Assembly: GCA_013239625.1 (NCBI GenBank) | Contig: MU054338.1 | Coordinates: 6,610,724-6,674,723 of the forward strand | Source of the DNA: Lama guanicoe | Lineage: Eukaryota | Reading direction: 5' to 3' | Length of the DNA stretch: 64,000 nt | Shown: positions 1 through 24,500 of the stretch, in pieces | Layout of the letters: every line of letters starts with the position of its first letter | How positions within the stretch are numbered: position 1 is the first letter of the stretch | The notes under the pieces: generated by a model | Database searches by the model: none | What the model was told of the DNA's origin: nothing | What the model saw: only the letters and a program-made list of their open reading frames with translations | Made by a program: the position numbers and the translations under genes

Positions 1-606
1 AACTGGAGGATCAGTTTCAAGAATTTGGAAGGGAAAGAGGAATTGGAACCAGAGCTTAATTGGTTGGGCCCAGCTGATGGATGGCTGACTAAGAGAGTTG
101 GGCTGCCTCAGGGCACAAAGGGGAACCATGGAAGGTTTAAGCCAGAGAGTGAAACAGTTGGGTTCTTTAGGAAGTTGTCTCACAGGGAGGCATGTTCCTT
201 CTTTGAGGGACAGTACACTTAGATGTGATGACTTTGGAGAGCAATTTGCCATCATGTAACTTGGTTGAAATGTACATCCTCTGAGGGCACACAGTACTAC
301 TCCTAGGTATGCAGACACTCAGCTCATGTGTTCCAGATGCACACAGGAATGTTCAGAGCTGCCTAGTTTATCCTAGTGAAAAACAGGAGACCATTTCAAA
401 CTCTGTGTACAAGAGAACTCACACATTAATTGCAGTATGGTTGAGCTCTGGAACACTATACAGCCAAGAAAAGTAATTTGACCAAAGTTACGTATGTCAT
501 GTGTGAAGCTTAAAACCTACTGTAGCATGAAAAAGCAAATTGCAGAAGGACACCTATAGTGTAATACCACATTCAAGTTTATAATATTCAAGACTCGATC
601 ATAGGG

Positions 607-771
607 TAGAGGGGAGGATATAGCTCAGTGGTAGAGTGCAAGCCTAGCATGCACAAAGTCCTGGGTTCAATCCCCAGCACCTCCATTAAAAATAAATAAG
701 TAAATAAAAACTGAATTACCCCCCTCCCAAAAAAATCCCCAAGCAAACTAAAATTAAGAAAAGAAGGAAAA
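607..771 (+). mobile_element. tRNA-derived SINE (camelid Vic-1-like)
   Basis: A box TAGCTCAGTGG, B box GGTTCAATCC and A-rich tail. Flanked by an 18-bp TSD caagact(c/a)gatcataggg at 589-606 and 772-789. Confidence 0.88.
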
Positions 772-1336
772 CAAGACTAGATCATAGGGAATATGAAAAT
801 GATAAATGCTAGTTCAGGAGTATGGTTACTTTGTTGGAGGGAAAAGGAGGTGGATGTAGCTGGGGGCTTCAGTTATACTTGCCAAATTTTATTTCTTTAT
901 CAGGTGGCTGGTACTTAGGTGATTATAGATTATTCTGGAAGGACTGTTTTGGATATAACATTTAAGTGATGTGTATAAAAAAGATGCTTGGGTTGTGGGC
1001 ATGGGGAATGACAGTAAGCCTGGAGGCTGGGCTAGGGCTGGGCTTCGGATTGGAAGGAAGTAGGTGGGTCCCAGAGAGATGGAGAATGCAGAAAGAGCAG
1101 GATTTGTGACCAGTCTGATGTGGAGGGGCCGTGGGAGGAGTTGAAAATGAGGATCAAATCCTGACTTAAAGAACCAAGTGGTGGGGAGGCAGGTTTGGGG
1201 ACCTCAGGTGAGATCTGTTTGGCATGTCCAAGGGGGCCTGAAATGTCCAGAGAGAGAAAGTCAAGTGGTAGTTGGCTATTTCTCTGAGGCTGGAGTTCAG
1301 AGAGAGACCAGGAAAAGTACCAGCAGTTTGTAGAGC

Positions 1337-1700
1337 TGTGTTAGTCAGTCTATGATAGGTTTTGCTATAGTAACAAGCAGCAATTCTCTTGGGTTAAGAC
1401 AATGAAGGTTTACCTGAAATCTAATGCAGCTCAGATGATTCACCTCTATCTTGTAGCTTCACCACCAGGCACAAGGGGTCTCCAACATCCCTGGGGCAGG
1501 GAAAAGGGCAGGAGAGTTAATTTTGGAACTTGGAAACATGCATACCCCATCTGCCCACCTCCCATTGGCCAGAAACCAGCCCCATGACGCCATCCTAGCT
1601 GCAAGGGAGGCTGGGAATTGTAGTCTTTCTGTGAGGCCACAGCACAGTCAACATATTGCATTGCCTTGTGTTGGCAGGGGAGGAGGCCCAGGGAGGGATT
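1337..1700. mobile_element. Old MLT1-like LTR fragment
   Basis: tgtgttagtcag...ggttttgctatagtaacaa...ccattggccagaa...gctgcaagggaggctgggaattgtagtct. Approximate. Confidence 0.55.
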
Positions 1701-1776
1701 GTGAAGGGAGGGTCTGGGGGTCCACCGGGGTAATGGCAGCAGACACCGACTCCTGACTTGTTTCTCCCCTCTCTAG

Positions 1777-14946
<13,170 letters not shown>

Positions 14947-15115
14947 AGCCCACCAGCAGCTCTGCTTAGGGGGGATTGGAGCAGGCAGGACCCACAGAGA
15001 GGGCCTCCCGCTCGCTCCCTGCCCCAAGGAGAGCTCACAAGTGGGAGGTCAGCTTCACCGACTTCCTATGCTGTGCTCCTGTCCGGAGACCCCATCTCTG
15101 TGAACTGACTTCCCT

Positions 15116-15466
15116 TGCCTTAGTCTCTTTGGGCTGCTAGAACGAAATACCACAGACTGTGTGGCTTATAAATGACAAAAATGTATTTCTCACAGTTCCA
15201 GAGTCTGGGAAGTCCAAGATCAAGGCATCAGCCTAGTCAGGTCTTGGCGAAGGTCCTCTTCCTGGCTCATAGCCTGTGCCTTCTCACTATGTCCTCCCAA
15301 GGTGGAAGAGGACAAAGGATCTTTCTGGAGCCTCTTTTATAAGGGCACTAATTGCTTTAGTGAGGGCCCCATCCTCATGACCTGTGCAGCTCCTAATACC
15401 ATCACATTGGGCATTAGGATTCCAACATATGACTCTTGAGGGGACACAGACATTCAAACCATAAAA
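15116..15466. mobile_element. MLT1 (ERVL-MaLR) solo LTR within the TYK2 3'UTR
   Basis: aaataccacagactgtgtggcttataa...tttctcacagttccagagtctgggaagtccaagatcaagg...acattcaaaccataa. Lies between the stop (14946) and the poly(A) signal (15601). Confidence 0.85.
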
Positions 15467-15600
15467 CCTTCCAAGGTAATGAGCCTGACCCAGGCTCCTG
15501 AGGGACCCAGGACAACAGGGAGCTAACCAGGCCCTTGAATCTGATCTTTCTGCCGTCCCCCAGCACCCACCCTTGGAGCCCACTATCTCCCCTAGCTAGT

Positions 15601-15606
15601 AATAAA
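15601..15606 (+). terminator. TYK2 poly(A) signal AATAAA
   Basis: First canonical hexamer seen after the TYK2 stop. Confidence 0.75.
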
Positions 15607-16179
15607 CTCGTATTTCCTCTGCTAGAGGCATGGTCCCTGGGCTCTTCTTCAGCAGAGTCTGCTCTCCTGGGGACTGCAGCTAGGGCAAGACACTCACTGC
15701 AGAAGCCAGATTCAGCTATTCAACCTTTGCTCACCTATGAATCACCAGCCAGCAATTAAACCAGTGCCTGGAACACAGAAGGCCCTCCATATGTATGTTA
15801 AATATGTCAGCAAAGGTCCCCCCACATGCCACGTAGATAAGATTGCCAGTTTCACCCTTTTCTCACTGTGTGACCTCAGGCAAGTGGCTTCCCTTCTCTG
15901 GGCCTTAGCTCTCAACTATGAACTGGGGATGGGCATGCTTGCTACCTTGTAGGACTAATGTAAAGAGCTAATGAGGTCATGTTTGTCAAATGCTTATCAG
16001 AAAGATATACAAACAAGTGCTTAATAAACATTTGATAGTATTGTTAATCTAGTGTTTGCCAACATGTTTCTATGGAACAGGTAAATTTGAGACGGGTCAG
16101 CCACGTTGTGAAAGGCATTTAAATTTCTTCCCCATTTCTCAAGACCTTGTGCATCTTAGCTCTCTTGACTGGACAGTTG

Positions 16180-17830
16180 CACACTCTTCTAGTGATATTT
16201 GCTTTTTATAGCAGTTTTCAAAATTAAATATTCATTATAGCTATAAATCTTTTTGGTTTTGGATAGGTAATATTGACATAGACAGTGAAATGTTTCCCTC
16301 CTGTGTCCCTCAGCCACCACTTGTCCCCTCCCTGGGAGACACCCAGCGTCATCTGGTTTCCTGTTTTGACTTCCAGAGACGTTTTTATCCAGATACAAGG
16401 AAATCTATACACATATTATATTTTCTCATTTTCCCCCTATTTTTTCTTTATATATATTTTATATTTTCCCATCTTTGTTTTCTATTTTTTTCTTTTTTGT
16501 GTATTTTTAATTTTGAATTCTATTTTGTATTTTCCCATCTTTTGCAAAAATAATAGTCTGGGCTACTATAGAGAGCTCTAGACTATATCCTTGCTATTTT
16601 TTTTCCCCATGTAATAGGTCTTGGAGGTGGTCCCATATAGCCAGGCCAACTGTGTTTCCTCTTCTTATTACGGTCATGTTTTAGCCCATTATTCAGATGT
16701 CATCAGTGTTTGCTCCCTGCTGGGGTTCATGCAGTCATTGCTCATCCTTTGCCAAGCCCATGCTGCTGCCGCCATGAATAACCGTATGTGCACGTCATTT
16801 CACCCATGTTCAAGGGCATCAGTAGGACAGATACCCAATGGGAATAGCTGCTTGCACCATCTAACCTGGTAATTTAAGAAAGTCCTTGCCACTAGAATAT
16901 ATTTTGATAGTTGATAGGGCAGGTCTTTCCTTATTCTTTTTGCAAAATTATCTTGGCTTGTTCTTGGGCAACCACTTTTGAAAAACCTTTATTATGGACA
17001 ATTTCAAACATATTCAAAACTAGGGAGAATAACGTAATGAACCTACACTGAACCAACAGTCAGCATCAACAGTTTCCAGCACCCATGGCCAACCTCGTTT
17101 CAACTTGACCCCCACCACAGGATCACTTTGAAGCAAATCCCAGACAGCATAGCATTTCGTCTGTAAAAACTTTGATAGGTATCTTGAAAGATACCACCAC
17201 AAACAATAACTACAATGTCATGATCACAACTGAAAAGTTTAACAACAATTCTTCAATATCGTTGTATAGCTTGTGTTTAGAAATTTCTCCAATGGTCTCT
17301 TCTAGATTTGGTGTTTGTTTGTTTACAGTTTCTTCAAATAAAAATCTTAGCAAGATGCATGCACTGCATTTGGTTGGGGACAGGCTCCTTTAAGTTCTGG
17401 GTTCCTCTTCTCCTTTTTCCCCTTTGCAACATATTTGTTGAAGAAAATAGGCTGTGTGTCCTTCTGACTTGACCAGTCTGATGCCATCCTTGTGGTGAAG
17501 TTTAACCCATTCCTCTGTCCTCAAGTTGGCCAATCGAGGGTCAGAGTCCATGTCCGGTTTTTGGCAAGTCTATTTCACAAAAGGCATTGGGTCCTCTCAG
17601 CAGGAGGCACTCAGGGTCTGCTTATCCCTCCTTTGGTGGCACAAGCCACCACCCAGATCCATCAAGGATGCACTTTTCATTTTCTAAATTTTTATTCCAA
17701 AACAATTGCAAACAGAAAAGTTGGAGGAAGAGTACAGTGTATAGATTCCACAATCACCATGTTGCTAAATTTATTTATCACACTGTATCTCCCCATCTAT
17801 CTATCCATTCCTCCGCCTATCCATTAATCC
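16180..17830 (-). mobile_element. Degraded ancient L1 (L1M-type) fragments, AT-rich
   Basis: AT-rich stretch with motifs resembling L1M 3' ends (tttattatggacaatttcaaacatattcaaaactagggagaataacgtaatgaacc). Approximate. Confidence 0.5.
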
Positions 17831-17869
17831 ATCTCACATTTTGGATACAAATCAAAATACGTGGGTGTC

Positions 17870-19270
17870 ACTTTATTTTGTTATGGTGAAATATACATAA
17901 AATAAATTTTTACCATTTTAACCCTTTTAAAATGGTTTAAGTATACAATTCAGTGGCTTTAAATACATTCACAATGTCCTATAATCAACATCATTATCTA
18001 TTTACAGAACTTTTTCATCTTCCCAAAAAAGAAACTGTCCCCATTAAATATTAACTCCCCATTCCCCACTTCCCCTAGCCTCTGGTCCCCATCCTTCTAC
18101 GAATTTGTCTTTCTAGGGACCTCACGTAAGTGGAATATTTGTCCTTTTGTGTCTGGCTTATTTCACTTAACATAATGTTTTCAAGATTCAAGGCTGCATA
18201 ATTTTCCATTGTATGGCTACACCACATTCTGTTTATCCAATCTTCTGTTGATGGACAGAATTTGGCTGGCTTCCACCTTTCGGCTAGTGTGAACCATGCT
18301 GCTATGAACATTACTGTGCAAATATCTATTTGAGTCCCTGCTTTCAATTCTTTTGGATATATATTTAGGAGTGGAATTGCTATGTGAAGGAAAAGCCCAA
18401 CTGGGCTAACGAGCTATGTCACAAATCTAAGTGCAACAAGTGTCGAATTACTGATCTGAGTTCTGCTGGGCTAACTCATAAATCTGAAGTTTAGTGTCAG
18501 TCTGTTGGGCTAACGAGCTCAGTCACAAATCTAAGTGTGATAAGTGTCGGTTTACTGATATAAGTTCTGCCGGGCTAACTTGTAAATCTAAAGTTTAGTG
18601 TCAGTTTACTGGGCTAACAAGCTAACTCGTAAATCCAAGCTCAACAAGTGTCAGTAACGTGATCTGTTCCAAATTGATAAGCTCCAGTGTACTGATTCCT
18701 TGCTTTTTGTTGTTTGAACCTTATTGGCTAATAGCCCCATACTTGTAATTAACCCTATAAAACCTCATGTGCACGTCTTGGAGGTGCTCAGAGCTTCGGA
18801 GCAGAAGCCCCTCTGAGCCCGCCGGCGTAATAAATCTGAGTACTCCAACCCTCCGAGTGGTGCTTGTTTCTTGGCTGGCCTGTCATTTCCATAACAGCTA
18901 ATCAAATGATTTTATGTTTAACTTGTTGAGGAACCACCAAACTGTTTTCCATGTGGCTGTGCCATTTTATATTCCCGCCAGCAGAGTACCAGGGTCCTGT
19001 TTCACCACATTCTCGCCAGCACTTGCTACCTTCTGTTTTGTTTTGTGTTTTTGTTAGTAGCCATCCTAATAGTGTGAAGTGCTATCTCATTGTGGTGTTG
19101 ATTTGCATTTCCCTAATGGCCTGTGATGTTGAGCATCTTCTTGTGAGTTTATTGGCCATTTGTACAGCTTCTTTGGCAAAATATTTACTCGAGTCCTTTG
19201 CCTATTTTTGAATTGGGCTTGTTGTTGAGTTGTAGGAGTTCTTTATAATCTGGACATTAATTTCTTGTCA
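17870..19270 (-). mobile_element. Old LINE-1 3' fragment (ORF2 C-terminus and 3'UTR), interrupted by the LTR
   Basis: ORF 18075-18347 reads as decayed L1 ORF2 C-terminus (MFIAAWFT...W...CPST..WIN.MW...LENIMLSEISQTQKDKY). Typical L1 text continues after the LTR (ctcattgtggtgttgatttgcatttccctaatg). Boundaries approximate. Confidence 0.85.
18383..18896 (+). mobile_element. Endogenous retrovirus solo LTR (ERV1/gammaretrovirus-like), nested in L1
   Basis: TG...CA termini; 4-bp TSD GCTA (18379-18382, 18897-18900); inverted CCAAT at 18723; TATAAA at 18756; AATAAA at 18829; 104-bp tandem U3 repeats. Confidence 0.9.
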
Positions 19271-20149
19271 GATATACTATTTATAAATAATTTTGATTCG
19301 AGTCTTAGTTGCTCTCTCTCGGCGGCATCGCATGGGAAATGGATTTTGGGGGGGGCAGGGCAGGCGAGGAGAGATGTGATTGGAGAGGGTGCTCCAGGTG
19401 AGAAAGGAGAGACGTGGCCTTGGGGATGGGGAGAGTGGATGAATGCTGGGTGCCTCAACAAGGTCCCTCTCTGGAGCTCAGGTCAGAGGCACAGGAAGCA
19501 GGTCAGAGGCCTGAGAAATGGAGCTGATGGAGGTGGGAGTGCCCACCTGACTCCGTAGTCCTTTCTCTTGGGATGAAGAGACTAGTTACATGGAGGGGAG
19601 GGCAAGGGGGATGGGGGTGGGGGTAAGGGCCGGTTACAAGTAGCATCCTTGGCAGACAGTAGCTCACAATTTTGCTGTCCCCTAAACACCCCACCTCAGC
19701 CCTGCACACAGGCAATGTGTAGAACTCACAAGGTCTTCAAAGATGAGGGGCCCTGTAGGAGTCACCCTAGCAGCCAACACAGAGCCTGCCACAGTCCTCA
19801 ATAAATGCAGGCTCTGTTATTTTCCCGGCTTCACTCATCTTAGGGTAGGGGGTCCCTCATGATCACCCCCAAATCTCTTACATGCCCCCAAGGCACGTTG
19901 AGATCTCATTTTAATCCCTTGAGGCCCTGCCTAGAAGTCCGCCCACCATTGTTTCCTCGCAAAGTTGCCTTGAAATCCCACCCTATCTCTTCAAGGACAG
20001 CGTCTGGATGTCCCCCATTAACTTCCTCTCTGATAACAAAACGTCCCACCTTCACCGAAGTTCAAAAGGAAGGAGGTGTCTCACCACCTCCACCCCCTTT
20101 ACCCCTAACCCCACCAGGCTTTTCAGTGCTGCGAACAAAGGAAGATCTG

Positions 20150-20420
20150 TTAGCACTTCCTGTTTCCGGGCCAGGGGTTGGCCCTCGGAAAGTCCTCAGA
20201 GACTCGCCAGCAGCCCCCACCTCCCTAGGCCCCACCTGGACCCCCCAGTTCTGGACTCCTGGGACTACAGAGTATCCCCCTGCCCCTTCAGGCCTAGGTA
20301 AGGTGCGGCCACTTCTGCATTCTTAACTGCGGTGGTTGGGCTTCCTTCCTCTCCGTGACCTGCCTGCTCCTTGGTGCCCAGCGTCTCTTTAAGGTAACTT
20401 CCTCCTGCATCCTGGCCACC
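20150..20420 (+). promoter_or_regulatory. ICAM3 proximal promoter (RUNX and Ets-like sites)
   Basis: TGCGGT at 20328-20333; several TTCC Ets cores (acttcctg near 20155, cttccttcct at 20341); no TATA box seen. Confidence 0.4.
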
Positions 20421-20747
20421 ATGGTGCTTTCTGGGTTACTGTCCAGGGCCTGCTGGACTTCGCTCAACTACCTGCTTCTGATCGGCTGTCTGCCACCCCC
20501 AGGTGAGGACTGTCAAGCTTGGGAGGGCTGGAGTTGGCAGATGGATGGGTGGGGAGGCAGCCTCCCACCCTGCTGCCCTTCCTGGCTGTGCAACACTTCT
20601 TACAATCAGATCTGCCAGAGCGCCCACCAGTGTCCTCAGGAGAAAGTTGTGGCTCCTTAACTCAGCCTTCAGGACTCCCTGAGGCCCAGCCACTGCATTT
20701 GATTTGTTCCCGTCCCCACCCCTCCAACATACACACACAAACACACA

Positions 20748-20783
<36 letters not shown>

Positions 20784-21520
20784 GCTCCATCTGGATCCTT
20801 GATCTCTGCCCATGATCCTCCATCTGCCAGATCATCACCCTTCCTTTTTACTTGGATAACTCCTACTTAATCCTTTAAGACTGGCCATAGTGGTCCCCTC
20901 TTCCAGGAAGGCTTCCCTGACTCACTAGAGGCTGGATCAGGGCCTCCTCTGGCTTCCCCTGCCAGCTCTCCTTGATTTCTGATCCATCCCCTGTCTTCCT
21001 TACTATGAAGGCAGGGACGATCTAGATCTTGGCAAAAAGAGGTGTCAAATGGTGGTATCTGCAGATGAGTGGGTTGTGGGGCACTGGAACAACCAGCAGA
21101 GCCTCCCTTTGTTCCCATAGGTACCCAGGGGCAGGAGTTCCTGATGCGAGTGGAGCCGAAGGACCCAGTGTTGCCTGCTGGAGTGTCCTTCTCAGTAAAT
21201 TGCAGTGTAGATTGCCCCCACCCTGAACGCATCTCCCTGGAGACGAACCTACTCAAGGAGACGGTGGGCCGTGGCTTGGGCTGGGCAGCCTTCCAACTCA
21301 GCAATGTGACTGGTGATACCATGGTCCTCTGCTCTGGCTTCTGCAGTGGCTCCCAGATAGTAGGATCCTCTAAAGTCAAAGTATACCGTGAGTGGCTGTG
21401 CCTGGAGGTGGGACTGGCCTTGGGCAGTGGTGGGGGTAGATGACCAATGGTGCAGGGGAGCGGGGAGCCCTGAGTTTGCAGGAATGGACCAGGGCTCTGA
21501 CCCAGAACTTGGACCTGGGG

Positions 21521-21554
<34 letters not shown>

Positions 21555-24500
21555 CAGAGACAGACAGAGAGATAGAGAGACAGAGAGATACATCTCAAAC
21601 ACATGCCAGGGCAACAGCTATGAAATCAATTTATTTGGGTCCCAACAAGCATTTTTATTTATTTTTACTTAATTTTATTTTTTTAACAGGCATTTAATTT
21701 AAATAGCTCATGTCTTTTTACTTACTACTTTTAGTTTTATGGCAGATAACAGATTCACGTGGTTCCAAAATCAAAAAGTATAAAAAGGTGCAAATGTCAA
21801 ATCTCCATTTACCTAGTGTTGGCTGAGAGTGGCTGCTGTTTGAAGTGTTGACACGTGAGTGCTCATTCAAAAGCCCTGGGATGGGGAGGTGTGCTTATGA
21901 GCCTCACTGCACACACAAGGAAACTGAGGCTCAGTGGGGTGAAGTCAGGGTCCACAGCTCGTGAGCAGAGAAGCCGGGAGTCCAGCTCCCAAGTCCCTGT
22001 TCTTAACAAGCTACATCCTCCTCCCCAGATCCTAAGTCCACTGCCCCTTTACCAGTTCGAGTCTTTCCACGTTTAAAATTTGAAAATTTAAAATAACACA
22101 ATAGAGGGGAGGGTATAGCTCAGTGGTAGAGTGCATGCTTAATATGCACAAGGGCCTGGGTTCAATCCCCAGTACCTCCATTAAAAAAAATTAAATAAAC
22201 CTAATTCCCTCCCCGTCCCCAAAAATAAAATAGCACAATAGACTAGAAAATAGCAGAGTACATCACTCATGGTACCTACTGCTCTGTGAAGCCTTCATAG
22301 AGGTGTCATGTATGTGAGTAACTGAGTGTATGCTCCTCCCGTGTGTGCACCAGTATCTATATTTGTCTGTGTACCTATGTGTGTGTCTATGAGCATATGT
22401 ATGTGTGTCCTTATCTCTGTGACTGTGTGCGTGTACCTGCGTGTCTGTGCATGCATCTGTGTGTCTGTGTGTGCCTGTGTGTGCACATGTGTATCTCCAT
22501 GAGTGAATGTCTGTAAATATCTGTGTTTGTCAGGATCTGTGCCTGTGTGCATATCTGTATGAGGGTGGATGGCTGTGTGTGAGCATACGTGGATGTCTGT
22601 ATCAGTACATGTCCCTCTGTGTCCCTGTGTGAATTTCTGTGTAACATGTACATCTGCATATGTGTGTCTGTTTGCCTATGTGTGTATCTGGGTGTCCCTG
22701 TCAGTGTGACTGCCAGATGCGTCTGTCTAGCATCGTGTAGGAGCCTGTGAGTCCTGGCTCATAAGAGCCCACTGCACTCATGTCTTCCCAACTCTATGTG
22801 TCACACAGCTTGAAATCAGCCAAAGTGGGAGTATTTACACCAGAGAAACTGGCAAATGCTGGCAAATGCTCCGTGTCGGGGCTCCCCGACCCGACTCCAC
22901 CCCACCCCGAGAGCCCAAGCATTATTAGCATTTGCCAGCATACCAGGAGTTAGATGGGGGCCTCCTTGTTAAATATTCTAAAAGATGTTAAATATTTCCA
23001 TAGCAGCCAGTCTGCAGGCCCTGGTATGACAGCTTAAGATCCAGCCTTGAGAGATGCTCCCCAGAGGCCCAGGGCTTGGTATGTGTGCCTGCAGGGGGTG
23101 CTGCAGCTGCAGCTGGGAGAAGACCCAGCCTAGGGCTGCTGAGTCCCCCCAGACAATGCAGAGTGCCCTGAGAGGCTGCCCCAGGCAGGTGTACCGTGAG
23201 AGCCTTGGGCACCTGGGACTGATTGGGGCAGGCTGGACCAAGCTGTGGGAGAGGCCAAGACCAGAATCCAGGCCAGAAACTGCGAGGGGTCAGGGGAGTT
23301 CCTAGTCCTGAGATCAAGGAGACAAGTGGACACATAGGTCTGGAGTTTAGGAAACCCACCGTCTAACCCCTGCTCTACCCTTCCCTGGCTGTGTGTTCTT
23401 GGGCAGATCACCTCCCCCTCACATCTTTGGGCCTCAGTTTCTCTAGCCATAAAAGGTATGAATCGTAGAAGAGATTTCACTGGGTTGCTGTGTGAATGGA
23501 GGTGGATGACATCTGGAAAGTCTAAGGAAAACTCAAACAGGAAATGTTATGATTTCTATTAACATCATAAGTGGCCATAAACTTTAGTCCCCTTCCTTCC
23601 TTTTTTTCCCCCCTTAACTGTGAGGTCCTTGGGAACAATGACTTTTATTTCAATGCCTGGCAAGGTGTCTGACAAAACAGGAAATAATAATCACGATGCT
23701 AATGACAATAGCATTTATACTAGCACATGTCTAAGCCCTGTAGGTTTATTAACACAAAGTTCACAGTTCTGACTGGGCCACCCTGGGCTCCTCTCCACTC
23801 CCTCGGGTGGGGTTTGTGGGGCTGGCTGGTAAGTTCTTCTCTCTCTTTCACACCCCCCAACCCAGGGTTCCCTGAGCGCGTGGAGCTGGCCCCCCTCCCC
23901 CGCTGGCAATCGGTGGGCAGGCACTTCAACCTGAGCTGCCTGGTGTCCGGAGGGGCGCCCAGGTCCCACCTAGCGGTGGTGCTGCTCCGCGGGGAGGAGG
24001 AGCTGGGCCGGCAGCCAGTAGCAAACGGGGAGCCCGTCGAGGTCATGGTCACGGTGCTGGCAAGCAGAGACGACCACGGCGCCAATTTTTCTTGCCGCAC
24101 GGAACTGGACCTGCGGTCCCAAGGGCTGGGACTGTTCCAGAACCATTCGGCCCCCAGGAAGCTCCGAACCTTCGGTGAGGGAAGGGACTGCAGACGGTGG
24201 GTAATGACCTGTGCCAGAGTATGGGTGCCCTGGTCGCGGGATTCCTGAGAATGCGGTGGCCTGGACCTCAGGAGCTTCTGGGAAAAGATGCCCTTGGCTA
24301 TTGAGAGGGGTAGCCTCAGATGGGAGGCTCGAGGCTGTAGGAACTTTTGAGAAGGCTGTGAGTGTGTGTCCTGGGAAGGGGGCGATGCGGGATGCAGAGT
24401 CCTGGGAAAGATGGACTCCTGTTTGGGGGATGAGTGTCATGGGAAAAAGGGTGTCCAAGGCTGTGACACCGCCTCCTGCTCTCTCCTACCCTTCTTTCAA

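Noticed and set aside
611-683. Apparent tRNA gene (also at 22106-22180)
   Set aside because: A/B boxes are followed by an A-rich tail and flanked by TSDs; these are multi-copy SINE heads.
16285-16581. Hydrophobic Phe-rich ORFs resembling membrane peptides
   Set aside because: Derived from a T-rich repeat tract.
18401-18660. CRISPR-like periodic gggctaac repeats
   Set aside because: The intervening sequences are copies of each other rather than unique spacers, and they lie inside a retroviral LTR in mammalian DNA.
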